From positions 1 through 53,528 of the forward strand of contig DXGA01000106.1 of NCBI GenBank assembly GCA_019114165.1: a stretch of DNA of 53,528 nt, read 5' to 3'. Below are positions 9,160 through 17,570 of this stretch, in pieces. The position numbers and the translations under genes were made by a program. The notes beneath the pieces were generated by a model, which saw nothing but the letters and a program-made list of their open reading frames with translations, was not told the origin of the DNA and did no database searches. The first letter of the stretch is position 1, and every line of letters begins with the position of its first letter. This DNA comes from Candidatus Flavonifractor merdipullorum. GTDB lineage: Bacteria; Bacillota; Clostridia; Oscillospirales; Oscillospiraceae.

Positions 9160-10557
9160 TTAGAGCGGCACCCGATCCAGTCCACACATTTTTTCCCACC
9201 GTTTGCTTTTCCAGCGCAGGGAGCAGAGGATACCCCGCAGGATGAGGTCCACGCTCATGGCGATCCACACGCCGGCCAGTCCGAAGTGAAACTGGCGGAC
9301 CAGCAGCAGCGCCAATACGATACGCACTCCCCACATGGAGACCAGCCCCACCACCATGGGATAGCGTACATCGTGGGCCCCTCTCAGGGTGCCGGACAGC
9401 ACAATGGACACGGCAAAAAAGGGCTCCGCCGGAGCCACGATGCGCAGCATCTGGGCGGCTTCCTCCACCACGGCGGGGTCGGAGTTGAACAGCCCGGCCA
9501 GCGGTCCCGAGAGGAGGAAGAGCAGCACGCCGGTTCCGGCGCATAGAAGTCCGCCCGCCCAGGCGGAGAGGGTGCCGTAAGCCCGGGCGTCTTCCCGGTC
9601 TTTTGCACCCACCGCCCGGCCCACCAGAGCAATACCGGCATAAGAGATGCCGTAGGCAGGCAGATAGCAGAGACCTTCAGCGGTGGTGGCGATCTGGTTG
9701 GCGGCCAGGGAAACGGTGCTGAGGGAGGCCACCACCGCCGTCATGGCGATCTGGCCCAGATTGATGGTGGCCCGCTCCAGCGCCGAGGGCAGGCCCAGAT
9801 GGACGGCCTGCCGGATGATGGCCCCATTGGGCCGGATGCCCCGCAGATGGACGCGGAAGCGGTCGCCCTGCTGAAGGGCGGCCCACAAAAGGGCGCTGCC
9901 CGCCACCGCAAGCGCGGTAGCCGAGGCGATGGCGGCGCCCGCCACCCCCAAGCCAGCGCCGGGCACAGTGATGGAGAGCCCCAGCACAGTTACGGTCCTG
10001 GTTTCGTAAATGAGAAAGAAATTGAGCACCAGGTTGATGAGGTTGGCGGCGGTGTTGAAAAAGAGGGGCGTTTTGGTATTGCCCATGCAGCGCAGGATGG
10101 CGGAAAAAATGGCGCTGCATGCGGTAAAAGGCATACTCAGCGTGTAGAACCGCAAATAAGCCACCGCCCCGGGCAGCACCTCCGGCTTGGCCCCCAGCCA
10201 CCGGGGAATGGACCCGGCCAGAAGCTGGAAGAGGAGCAGCGCCGCGCCGCCGCAGGCCAGGACGGCCAGAATGCCCTGCCGGATGATCTCCCGCACCTTC
10301 TCGTCGTCCTCCGCGCCCATGGCGTTGGACACCTGGACGGAATAGCCCACGCCCACCCCGGCCAGGATGCCGTTGATGAGCCAGATGGAGGCGGCGTTCA
10401 CCGACACCGCGGCGGTGGCCGCCGCGCCCAGGACCCCCACCATGGCGGTGTCCACATAGCTCACCATGGTGGTCATCACCTGTTCCACAATGGCGGGCCA
10501 GGAGAGCCGCCACATCAATCCCATTCGTCCCCGTCCATACCGTCCAAGGTTCCTCAT
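9160..10557 (-). CDS. MATE family efflux transporter
   Basis: VDTAMVG, RCMGNTKTP, LGVAGAAIAS, multiple TM helices, internal two-fold repeat; start 10557 (alternative 10584). Confidence 0.93.
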   Translation of the reverse strand: MRNLGRYGRGRMGLMWRLSWPAIVEQVMTTMVSYVDTAMVGVLGAAATAAVSVNAASIWLINGILAGVGVGYSVQVSNAMGAEDDEKVREIIRQGILAVLACGGAALLLFQLLAGSIPRWLGAKPEVLPGAVAYLRFYTLSMPFTACSAIFSAILRCMGNTKTPLFFNTAANLINLVLNFFLIYETRTVTVLGLSITVPGAGLGVAGAAIASATALAVAGSALLWAALQQGDRFRVHLRGIRPNGAIIRQAVHLGLPSALERATINLGQIAMTAVVASLSTVSLAANQIATTAEGLCYLPAYGISYAGIALVGRAVGAKDREDARAYGTLSAWAGGLLCAGTGVLLFLLSGPLAGLFNSDPAVVEEAAQMLRIVAPAEPFFAVSIVLSGTLRGAHDVRYPMVVGLVSMWGVRIVLALLLVRQFHFGLAGVWIAMSVDLILRGILCSLRWKSKRWEKMCGLDRVPL

Positions 10558-10595
10558 TGCATCATCTCCGCATTCTTTTGTCATTCAGCAGAGAC

Positions 10596-10624
10596 AGTGT
10601 ACCGTATTCAGACCATACTTGCAA
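10596..10624 (-). promoter_or_regulatory. Putative sigma-A promoter of the MATE gene
   Basis: TTGCAA-N17-TACACT on the minus strand, immediately after the holin stop codon. Confidence 0.55.
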
Positions 10625-10631
10625 TCTTTTT

Positions 10632-11078
10632 TCAGCGTTTTTCCGTTCCACTTTGGGAATTATCCCGTAAGACCTCCAGCGCGGCCTGCAAAAAGGCAGG
10701 ATATGGGACTCCCATCAGCCCAAGGTTTTCCAGAATGGACAAGCCCTCGTTGGCGGTAAAAAAGAGGATGACCGCCGTGCGTGCATACGCGCCGCCGCCC
10801 AGGGCTCCGTCCAGGCGGTTGGCCACCAAAACCAGCAGCAGCTCCGCCCCCTTGCGTACCAGGCCCAAAAACCCGGCCCGGCTGTCCAGCGCGCCGCTCT
10901 CACTTTTTCCCGAGCGGTGGAAGATACCGGCCACCATCAGCCCCGTCAGATAATCCACCGCCATGCACCAGACCAGGGTCTCCAGCCCGCCGTCCCACCC
11001 GCCCAGCGCCGCCGCCAGGGCGCTTCCCGCCGCGGACAGTGCCGCCGTCACGCCGCAGCGCAGGTGTATTCCATTCAT
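10632..11078 (-). CDS. Phage holin (toxin secretion/phage lysis holin family)
   Basis: LGGWD..L..L...M.VDY.TG, S..GF.GL.RK, FF.ANEGLSILEN.GLMGVP.P; ATG 11078 overlaps the upstream TGA. Confidence 0.9.
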   Translation of the reverse strand: MNGIHLRCGVTAALSAAGSALAAALGGWDGGLETLVWCMAVDYLTGLMVAGIFHRSGKSESGALDSRAGFLGLVRKGAELLLVLVANRLDGALGGGAYARTAVILFFTANEGLSILENLGLMGVPYPAFLQAALEVLRDNSQSGTEKR

Positions 11079-11665
11079 ACCGCTCCCTCCAGTCGATATC
11101 GCTCCACCATTTTCTCCAGCTCTTCCCAGGTAACGTCCAATCCGTCCAGCACGCTCCATCTGCCGAACCGGGTCTCCATCTCTTCCCAGGTAATGTACCA
11201 GTAGCGGTACTCGATGCCCAGATGGCAGGGGAGAATCTCCTCGATGATGCCTTTCATTTCGTCAAATCCATCGGGAATACCGGGTACATCGGGGAAACGG
11301 ACGGCGATCTCTCCGGGGACCCCGGTCTCTTCAGCCACGGCGTTAAGCCCGCATCCTCTCAGGTTGTCGTTGATGGCCTGAAGGGTAAAGCTGTCGCCGC
11401 CGATGCGCAGCAGCGCGGCCAGCGCGGCCCGCCGGTCCGGCAGGTTTTCCGTCACCGGACGGCGGGTCAGCAGCGCTTCGATCTTACTTAGTCCCCAGCT
11501 CTCAGCGGTCGTCAGCAGCATTTCCCGCTGGACCTGGGCCAGCTCGTCGCCGCACTGGTCCAGCGCCTCGCCGGCGGCTGTCAGCGCTCCGCCGTTGAGG
11601 CTCCCCTCCAGCCGGTAAACCCCCATGGGTTCCAGAAGGGCTTTCAGGTCCTGCACATAGCTCAT
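11075..11665 (-). CDS. Baseplate wedge/tail protein (YmfQ/DUF2313/XkdU-like)
   Basis: Follows baseplate J; TAESWGL..IE, RRAAL, ILPCHL motif. Confidence 0.75.
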   Translation of the reverse strand: MSYVQDLKALLEPMGVYRLEGSLNGGALTAAGEALDQCGDELAQVQREMLLTTAESWGLSKIEALLTRRPVTENLPDRRAALAALLRIGGDSFTLQAINDNLRGCGLNAVAEETGVPGEIAVRFPDVPGIPDGFDEMKGIIEEILPCHLGIEYRYWYITWEEMETRFGRWSVLDGLDVTWEELEKMVERYRLEGAV

Positions 11666-12726
11666 GCGTCCCCCTCCATTTCGGTGATGCTGAGGTTGCC
11701 CAGCTGGGGAAGGGTATCCGCCCGGGCCATCACGTCGGCGGCAGGGTACAGTACCGTGCAGTTTCCCACCGCCTGGGGCGAAAAGGCCAGTTCGGTCAGT
11801 TTTGCCCGCAGGACGCTCTGCCCCAGCCGGGTGCCGTCAAACCAGGCGCGAATAGCGTTCCGCGCGGCCTCCTGCGCGGCCTGGAGGGTATATCCCTCCG
11901 CCGGCGCAACCGCTACCGATACATCCACCGTCTCCAGTTCCGGGCCTCTCACCTCCACCTCCACGGCGATCTCCCGCCGCTGGGCAAAGTGGGCGCGCAA
12001 GGTCTCCAGCAGGTCTTCCCCCGGAGTTCCCTGCGCGGTGGAGACCACCACGTCCACCGTCCCCACGCCTCTGCTTCTGGGGATGACGGCGGCGGCGGCC
12101 ACCTGGGGAAAAGAGAGAGCCTCCTGCTGATAAAAGGCGGCGTTTGCGCCGTTGGGCATCCGGCGGTAGGTCTCCAGCACCCGCTGCCGGAGAACCTCAT
12201 CCTCTTCCGCGTCGGCGCCGCCGGAAAAGGCCTCCGGATTGACGCACCCGCTAATCCCCACCGGGGCCACCGCCATGGTGAGGATGGAACCGGCGGCGGC
12301 ATTGCCGCTCTCCCCCGGTTCCAAAGCGCGAGCGGGCACATCCACCGTGCTGCTTCCCTCTTCCAGAAGGCCTTCTTCGGTGGTCTCGAAGCGGACCAGG
12401 CCCGCCGTCATGCAGACGGTCCCGGCGGGGATGGTCAGAGCGGCGGGGGCCGGTCCGTCGCTGAGAAAGCGGATGACCCCCTGGGCCGTGGACGCGCCCC
12501 GCCGCTCGATGCCCCGCAGCTGGGCGTGGAGGTCCAGATACTCCCCCTGGGCGCTCTGGGGGAAGCACTGCCGGGTGATCCACTCTCCCTGTACATAGAG
12601 CCCGTAGATTTGGGCGGCCACGGCGTAAAACCGCACCGCAAGATCGCTGCTGCCTGTGGTCTCCACGCCGGTCTCAGCCTGAAACCGGGCCAGCATCTGG
12701 GCATAGATCTCCTCAATGGTTTTCAA
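11662..12726 (-). CDS. Baseplate J-like protein (Mu gp47/XkdT)
   Basis: AQGEYLDLHA..RGIER, TIPAGT, PGESGN, GGADAEEDEVLRQR, RGVGTVDV. Confidence 0.92.
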   Translation of the reverse strand: MKTIEEIYAQMLARFQAETGVETTGSSDLAVRFYAVAAQIYGLYVQGEWITRQCFPQSAQGEYLDLHAQLRGIERRGASTAQGVIRFLSDGPAPAALTIPAGTVCMTAGLVRFETTEEGLLEEGSSTVDVPARALEPGESGNAAAGSILTMAVAPVGISGCVNPEAFSGGADAEEDEVLRQRVLETYRRMPNGANAAFYQQEALSFPQVAAAAVIPRSRGVGTVDVVVSTAQGTPGEDLLETLRAHFAQRREIAVEVEVRGPELETVDVSVAVAPAEGYTLQAAQEAARNAIRAWFDGTRLGQSVLRAKLTELAFSPQAVGNCTVLYPAADVMARADTLPQLGNLSITEMEGDA

Positions 12727-12738
12727 GATATTCCCCCT

Positions 12739-13086
12739 TTACAGTGTGGTCTCCAACGTCAGATTGTCCCCGTTCCAGCGCAGAAAGACGGACAGTCTGG
12801 TCTGTCCGCCCTCTTCTTCCAGTGCAACGCCGGTCACCTCCAGCCCTTCCTCATCGGCCAGGGCCTCGGTGACATACTGTCTTGCCAGAGCGGTTCTGCC
12901 GCCCGGCTTTTCCCTTGTCAGCGCGGAGAGGCGGCTGCCCAGCTCAGGCAGGAAGGGGAAGCTCCCTCTCAGGATACAAAGCTTCCACAAAACCCGCTGA
13001 AGCAGGGCTTCCGCCCCTTCCACCCGGCAAAATCCGCCGGAGCCGTCGGGCACATAATCGCCGTTTCGTATCATCAGTTCCGTCAT
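12739..13086 (-). CDS. Baseplate wedge / sheath initiator (gp25/gp46/XkdS-like)
   Basis: Size, position before baseplate J, RGSFPFLPELGSRL..L motif. Confidence 0.72.
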   Translation of the reverse strand: MTELMIRNGDYVPDGSGGFCRVEGAEALLQRVLWKLCILRGSFPFLPELGSRLSALTREKPGGRTALARQYVTEALADEEGLEVTGVALEEEGGQTRLSVFLRWNGDNLTLETTL

Positions 13087-13458
13087 TCACATTCCTCCCG
13101 GCTGGATGTCCTGCCCGTTGAACCGGAGGGCGGTCCCCCGGATCTCTACGGAACCGTCTGCCCGCAGGCGGATGGCCGCGCCGCCGGGGGTGGAGATGGC
13201 GACCTCGCCGGGCTCCAGCCCTTCCTCACACCGGGCGCCGGCCACACACAGGGTCTCGCCGGCGTTTCCGGCTTTGAGGACCAGCACTTCCTGATGGAGG
13301 GCGGGCCGCCAGCAATAGCCGCCCGGCCCAAAGACGGGCAGCGCCCGCCGTTCACCGTCCAGATAGACCGCCGCCGGATTGCCGGACACGGTCACTTCTC
13401 CCAGCCGGGCGTGGTCCTGTACCGATCCCGCCGCCCGGCCCTGACGTGAAAGCCACAT
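13087..13458 (-). CDS. Short baseplate spike-like protein (Mu gp45/gpV/XkdR position)
   Basis: P.G....P...EVLV N-terminal part, then LEPGEVAI....GAAIRL..DGSVEI beta-strand segment; lies between hub and wedge. Confidence 0.65.
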   Translation of the reverse strand: MWLSRQGRAAGSVQDHARLGEVTVSGNPAAVYLDGERRALPVFGPGGYCWRPALHQEVLVLKAGNAGETLCVAGARCEEGLEPGEVAISTPGGAAIRLRADGSVEIRGTALRFNGQDIQPGGM

Positions 13459-13473
13459 AAAAGTTCTCCTTTC

Positions 13474-14412
13474 TCAGGGCGTCCCCAGCACCAGCGTGCT
13501 GGAAGCGCCTTCTTCGTTCCAGCTGCATTCCATTTCCCGCACGCTCCACCGCCCGCCGCAGCCCGGCCATTGGTCGCTGACGGTGACCAGCTCGCCGGGC
13601 CAGGCGGGAAAAAGTTCCGTCAGGCTGACTTCCAGCCGCCGCGCCTCTTCGGCGGAGCGCTCCAGCTGATACCGGGCGGAATAGCGCATGGCCTCATAGC
13701 CGGTCTTGTTGGGCATGGTGAGGACCTTTCTGCTCTGTCCGCCCCGGGCGGTAAAATCGGCGTCCTGTACCGTCTGAGTGATTTTCCCGGCGGTATCCCG
13801 CACAAAGATCTGGGAATAACGCCCGTACCGCTGCTCGCGCAGGGTCAGAGAGGTAACAGCGGTATCCGCGCCCAGGGTGTACCCTCCGCTCTGGGGGAGC
13901 GGACTGAGGATAAGCCGTCCCATCCGGTCAAAGCGTGGGGAGATGCCGCCGTAGCAGCGTGCAAAGCGCTCCACCACCTGCCACTCGCTGCTCCCCGTGT
14001 CCACCGAGAAGGGGGAAACGGCGGGAAAAGTTCCCCGCTCCCCCACCGTGATCCCATAGGGGGTCACATGGTCTCGCAGGATGTCGTCCAGAGTGGCCAC
14101 CTGGTAGTCCGCCCCCACCGCCTCATTGTCCAGCAGCAGGGCGGCCATTCCTCTTCCCCGGATCATCAGCCTGGTCCCGTTGCCGTCCCGGCAGCTCTCA
14201 CACTCATCCACCACGCCGGTAAAAACGGTCTGGTCCTTCCACACCCCACGAAACCGTGTAAATTGGGCCAGCAGATCGGCTCGAACGCCGTCCCACAGGG
14301 CGCATACTTCAAAGCTGTCGCAGGGGGAGCCCAGGCCGTAGCACAGCCGCCATTCATAGAGCTGGGGCAGCTGATACTCGCTCCCGTCCCAGCAAGTGAG
14401 AAAACCTGTCAT
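13474..14412 (-). CDS. Baseplate hub protein (Mu gp44/XkdQ/P2 gpD-like)
   Basis: PCDSFEV, VFTGVVDE, IRGRGMAALLLD, PGELVTV; position after the LysM gene. Confidence 0.78.
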   Translation of the reverse strand: MTGFLTCWDGSEYQLPQLYEWRLCYGLGSPCDSFEVCALWDGVRADLLAQFTRFRGVWKDQTVFTGVVDECESCRDGNGTRLMIRGRGMAALLLDNEAVGADYQVATLDDILRDHVTPYGITVGERGTFPAVSPFSVDTGSSEWQVVERFARCYGGISPRFDRMGRLILSPLPQSGGYTLGADTAVTSLTLREQRYGRYSQIFVRDTAGKITQTVQDADFTARGGQSRKVLTMPNKTGYEAMRYSARYQLERSAEEARRLEVSLTELFPAWPGELVTVSDQWPGCGGRWSVREMECSWNEEGASSTLVLGTP

Positions 14413-14984
14413 TGGACCCGCACCTTCTCTCCGATGTGGATGAGGTTTGGGTTCTTGATCTGGGGATTGAGGGCAATGAGGTCATGGAGGGGGATGCCGT
14501 AGTCCACCGCAATGGACCAGAGGCTTTCCCCCTTGACTACCGTATGGTAGCGGGTAGCGGAGACGGCGGTCTGCTGATTCAGACCGCCGGTGCTGCCGGT
14601 CTGGGTAACGGCGGTGAGTCCGGTTTTGTGGCCGGTAAAATCCTCCCAGAAGGTAAAGGAGTAGGCCACATAATCCTTTCTGGGCTCCTGCCGGAGGGAG
14701 AGGTCCACAAAATAGGCACTGGCGCACTGCCAGACGGGATGGACCAGCATACCGGGTCCGTTTGCGTAGAAGACGGAGGCCAGTTTTTTGAACTCCTCAT
14801 AGGCCCCCGGACCGGTAAACTCCCCTTCTCCCCGCATGATGCGCCGGGTGGGGCCCAGATCCTGCAGGGCGTAGCGTCCGAAGGGGATTTTCCGCACGCT
14901 CATCACCCGCTGATATTCAATGGTGTACGTTCTGGGATTGTGGGGCCAGACGTAGGTTTTATAGCGCATGGGACTGAGATTCAC
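14409..14984 (-). CDS. Tail tube initiator with C-terminal LysM domain (XkdP/Mu gp41-like)
   Basis: C-terminal LysM YHTVVKGESLWSIA..YG....LIALNPQIKNPNLIHIGEKV; QDLG...R and GMLVHP N-terminal motifs. Confidence 0.85.
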   Translation of the reverse strand: MNLSPMRYKTYVWPHNPRTYTIEYQRVMSVRKIPFGRYALQDLGPTRRIMRGEGEFTGPGAYEEFKKLASVFYANGPGMLVHPVWQCASAYFVDLSLRQEPRKDYVAYSFTFWEDFTGHKTGLTAVTQTGSTGGLNQQTAVSATRYHTVVKGESLWSIAVDYGIPLHDLIALNPQIKNPNLIHIGEKVRVQ

Positions 14985-15001
14985 GCCATCCCTCCGTTCT
15001 T

Positions 15002-15493
15002 TTAGTATAGGCGGAACGCGCCGTCATAGCGTCTTGCGTCCACCTCCATCTGCCGGTCCAGTTGGGCCAGGGTGAGCCGCTGCTGTTCTCCCCCTTCCCG
15101 GGAGAGAGAAACGGTGCGCTCCAGTGTCCGGCTGCTGCGGCTCACGGCCTGCCCGGTGCGCCGGAGGGCGCGGTAGAGGAGCGCCGCCGGGGCGGCTTGA
15201 TTCCGGGTCTGGTCCGGTGCGTCCATATCCTGCTTTTGAGAAACAGAAGGCAGGTTTTGTTTACGCTCACCCACCACGGCAGCCTGCCATACCGATCCGT
15301 TTCCGGTCAGACGAAACGTAGAGAAGACCGGCGGTTCTTCCTGTCCGCCTTCTGCCCGGTCTTCCCGTTTTCCGGGGGTTCCATCAGAGACCTGCTTTTT
15401 TTCCACCGGAACCGGATGGACGGTGGAAAGCTCCATGGTCTCCGTTTCTTCCTCCTGCTGCTCCAGCAGGAGAACTTCCAGATAATCGGTCAC
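15002..15493 (-). CDS. Hypothetical protein in the tape-measure position (putative very short tape measure protein)
   Basis: Only ORF between the tail chaperone and the LysM initiator; 163 aa; function assigned by gene order alone. Confidence 0.5.
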   Translation of the reverse strand: MTDYLEVLLLEQQEEETETMELSTVHPVPVEKKQVSDGTPGKREDRAEGGQEEPPVFSTFRLTGNGSVWQAAVVGERKQNLPSVSQKQDMDAPDQTRNQAAPAALLYRALRRTGQAVSRSSRTLERTVSLSREGGEQQRLTLAQLDRQMEVDARRYDGAFRLY

Positions 15494-15785
15494 GGTCTTC
15501 CCCCCTTGCTGAGGATTTCATAGCGTTTTTCATCAAAGGCGGCATTCTGTCCGCCTTCGCCGCCCGATTTCAGCCCGCCGCAGACCGGGCAGCGGTCCTC
15601 CACGGCGTGCATCCTGCAAGTGGGGCACAGCTGATCCAGTACCTCCTCGTCGTCCAGCATAAGATTGAGGGCGCACCAGAGGTAATCCCGGTTTTTCATC
15701 CGGCGTGCCCGTTCCTCGGTGGGCAGCACGCCGAAGGCGCGGAGCACGCGCCAGCGCAGCCGTTCCTCCGGCGCGTGCTCCAGAC
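15490..15785 (-). CDS. -1 frameshift extension of the tail assembly chaperone (gpGT-like), carrying CPTC/CPVC motifs
   Basis: Frame is open from the slippery A7 run through SLEHAPEERLRWRVLRAFGVLP... to the stop at 15490; no convincing RBS of its own. Confidence 0.72.
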
Positions 15786-16133
15786 TTTTTTTAGCTGTTG
15801 GACCGCCTCCTCTCCGCAGTCCGGCCCGGGATTTTCCTCCCGGTCAAAGTCGGACCAGATTTTGCTCAGCGTCCCGATCTCCCTTGGGGTCAGCGCGTCC
15901 AGCACAGCCCCGCCGTCGGCAAAGAGAGGGCCATGTGCTCCCTCCAGTGCTCTGGCCAGAAGGGCGGCGTTGCGGCAAAGGGCGGTCTCACCCCGGGACT
16001 GGGCCAGCAGATCTCCTTCTCTTCTGGCCTCCAGCACCTCCCGGGCGGAGAGGAGCCGGAGCTGCCGCCCGCCGGTCAGCATCAGCGCCTGAGCCCCGGC
16101 GGAGAGAACGGTCCAGGACATCTCCCCGCTCAT
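15696..16133 (-). CDS. Tail assembly chaperone (gpG/XkdN-like)
   Basis: Follows the tube gene; LRLLSAREVL, LTPREI motifs; LKK encoded by CTA AAA AAA. Confidence 0.72.
   Translation of the reverse strand: MSGEMSWTVLSAGAQALMLTGGRQLRLLSAREVLEARREGDLLAQSRGETALCRNAALLARALEGAHGPLFADGGAVLDALTPREIGTLSKIWSDFDREENPGPDCGEEAVQQLKKVWSTRRRNGCAGACSAPSACCPPRNGHAG
15741..15792 (-). promoter_or_regulatory. Programmed -1 ribosomal frameshift signal
   Basis: Slippery A AAA AAA (15792-15786), 4-nt spacer, then hairpin GGAGCACGCGCC...GGCGCGTGCTCC (12 perfect bp, 15781-15741). Confidence 0.8.
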
Positions 16134-16519
16134 GCGCCGGTCTCAATGCGCTTGGCGGCCACCACGGTGATTTTCTCCACCACCATAGCGCCCAGCGCGC
16201 CGGTTTCGCTGATGTCCCTCCACTGACAGCCGGAGTAGATGATCTTCCGGTCGGGCTTGCAGATGACCAGACTGAAGTCAGCCAGGCTGTGGAAGTCCAC
16301 CCCGTCCCGGATGGCCTCATCAGTGGCATAGAGCCGGGTCAGCTCGATCACATGGGTCCGCTGCCCGGGGATGGTGGCCACCGGCTCCTCCTCGCCGAAT
16401 GCCTCCACGGTCTGACTGGTCCTGGTGGTTTTGGCGGCATAGCTCTGGACGACGGCCACTTTTTTGCCGTCGATCTCCAGATAGATGTCGCTGCTGGTGG
16501 GAAAACCCGCCACACCCAT
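16130..16519 (-). CDS. Tail tube protein
   Basis: 129-aa beta-rich protein directly after the sheath gene. Confidence 0.75.
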   Translation of the reverse strand: MGVAGFPTSSDIYLEIDGKKVAVVQSYAAKTTRTSQTVEAFGEEEPVATIPGQRTHVIELTRLYATDEAIRDGVDFHSLADFSLVICKPDRKIIYSGCQWRDISETGALGAMVVEKITVVAAKRIETGA

Positions 16520-16532
16520 ACGTTTTCCTCCT

Positions 16533-17570
16533 TTACACGGTAATGTGGGCCGTCAGCCAGATCTGGTTGAGGCCGTGGGTCACGGTGAAGGAGAACTCCA
16601 CCAGACACACGGTGGGGTTCTCGCTGTCGGCGGTGACGGCGACGTCGCTATACCCGGTGATGATCTCCCGGCTGAGCTTATTCTCCAGCTCCATTACCAC
16701 CTGGGAACGAATGGCGCCCCGGGTCTGCTGGGTGTTTTTGGCGCGCTGGAACCGGGCCCGGAGAGACTGGCGGATGGTGGGGATCACATCGTCCACAATG
16801 AGGATGGTGTTCAGCTCCCGCCAGGTGGCGTCTTCCGCCTCGCCGGTCTTGGTGCGGGTGGTAACGCCCCGCACCACCGAAATGGCGCCCGCCACTTCTT
16901 CCAGAGGGGTTACGCCCCCACGAACCAGCACGTCGATCTCGCTGTCGGCATACCGGGCGCTCAGCCCGGAGAGGCCGGAGAGTACCGCGCCGCTCAGGGG
17001 GACGGCGGGATCGCGTTCCCCGGCAATGGTCCCTGCCACCGCGGCGGCGATCCGTCCGGCGGAGCCTTCCGGCTCGGGCGGGGCAACCAGTACCACCCGC
17101 TCAGAGTTGATCTCCTGGGCCAGCTGGGCCAGTTCCGCGGCGCTCTTGCCGGCGGGCGCGCCCACCACGGCGATGCGCTCCCGCCTTGCCTGGGAGGATT
17201 CGGCCACGCTGTCCCGCAGCGCCTGCCATACGGCGATGTCGGTGCTGTCGCACACCTGAATGTCGATCCCTTCCGTCCCGGCCAGCAGGGCGAAGGCGTC
17301 GGTGTAATCATCCTCCGCCACCGGTACGGCGTACACCGCGCCCGCGCCATTGCGGAAAAGAAGGGTTACCAGTTCGGTCATGGCGTCGCCGGGGCCGAAG
17401 ATCGTCTCCGCCTCTTCCCACCGGCTGAATCTATAAAGGCGCCCAGCTTCTCCGGCGGCGCTTTTGGCGGCCAGACCCACGGTCTTGCTGCCGCCGCCGG
17501 AGCGAATGAGGGACGAGGCGTCGTAGGTAGAATAGACGCCGGGCCGCTCATGATTGGTCACATGGTTCAC
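16533..17570 (-). CDS. Contractile tail sheath protein
   Basis: N-terminal RPGVY, RERIAVV, GGVTPL, VVRGVTT, NT..TR..IRS, C-terminal F.V...LNQI.L. Confidence 0.9.
   Translation of the reverse strand: MNHVTNHERPGVYSTYDASSLIRSGGGSKTVGLAAKSAAGEAGRLYRFSRWEEAETIFGPGDAMTELVTLLFRNGAGAVYAVPVAEDDYTDAFALLAGTEGIDIQVCDSTDIAVWQALRDSVAESSQARRERIAVVGAPAGKSAAELAQLAQEINSERVVLVAPPEPEGSAGRIAAAVAGTIAGERDPAVPLSGAVLSGLSGLSARYADSEIDVLVRGGVTPLEEVAGAISVVRGVTTRTKTGEAEDATWRELNTILIVDDVIPTIRQSLRARFQRAKNTQQTRGAIRSQVVMELENKLSREIITGYSDVAVTADSENPTVCLVEFSFTVTHGLNQIWLTAHITV

Noticed and set aside
9160-10557. MATE transporter as cargo of the phage-like operon
   Set aside because: It has its own candidate sigma-A promoter at 10596-10624 and looks like an ordinary chromosomal gene, although readthrough from the holin is possible because no terminator separates them.
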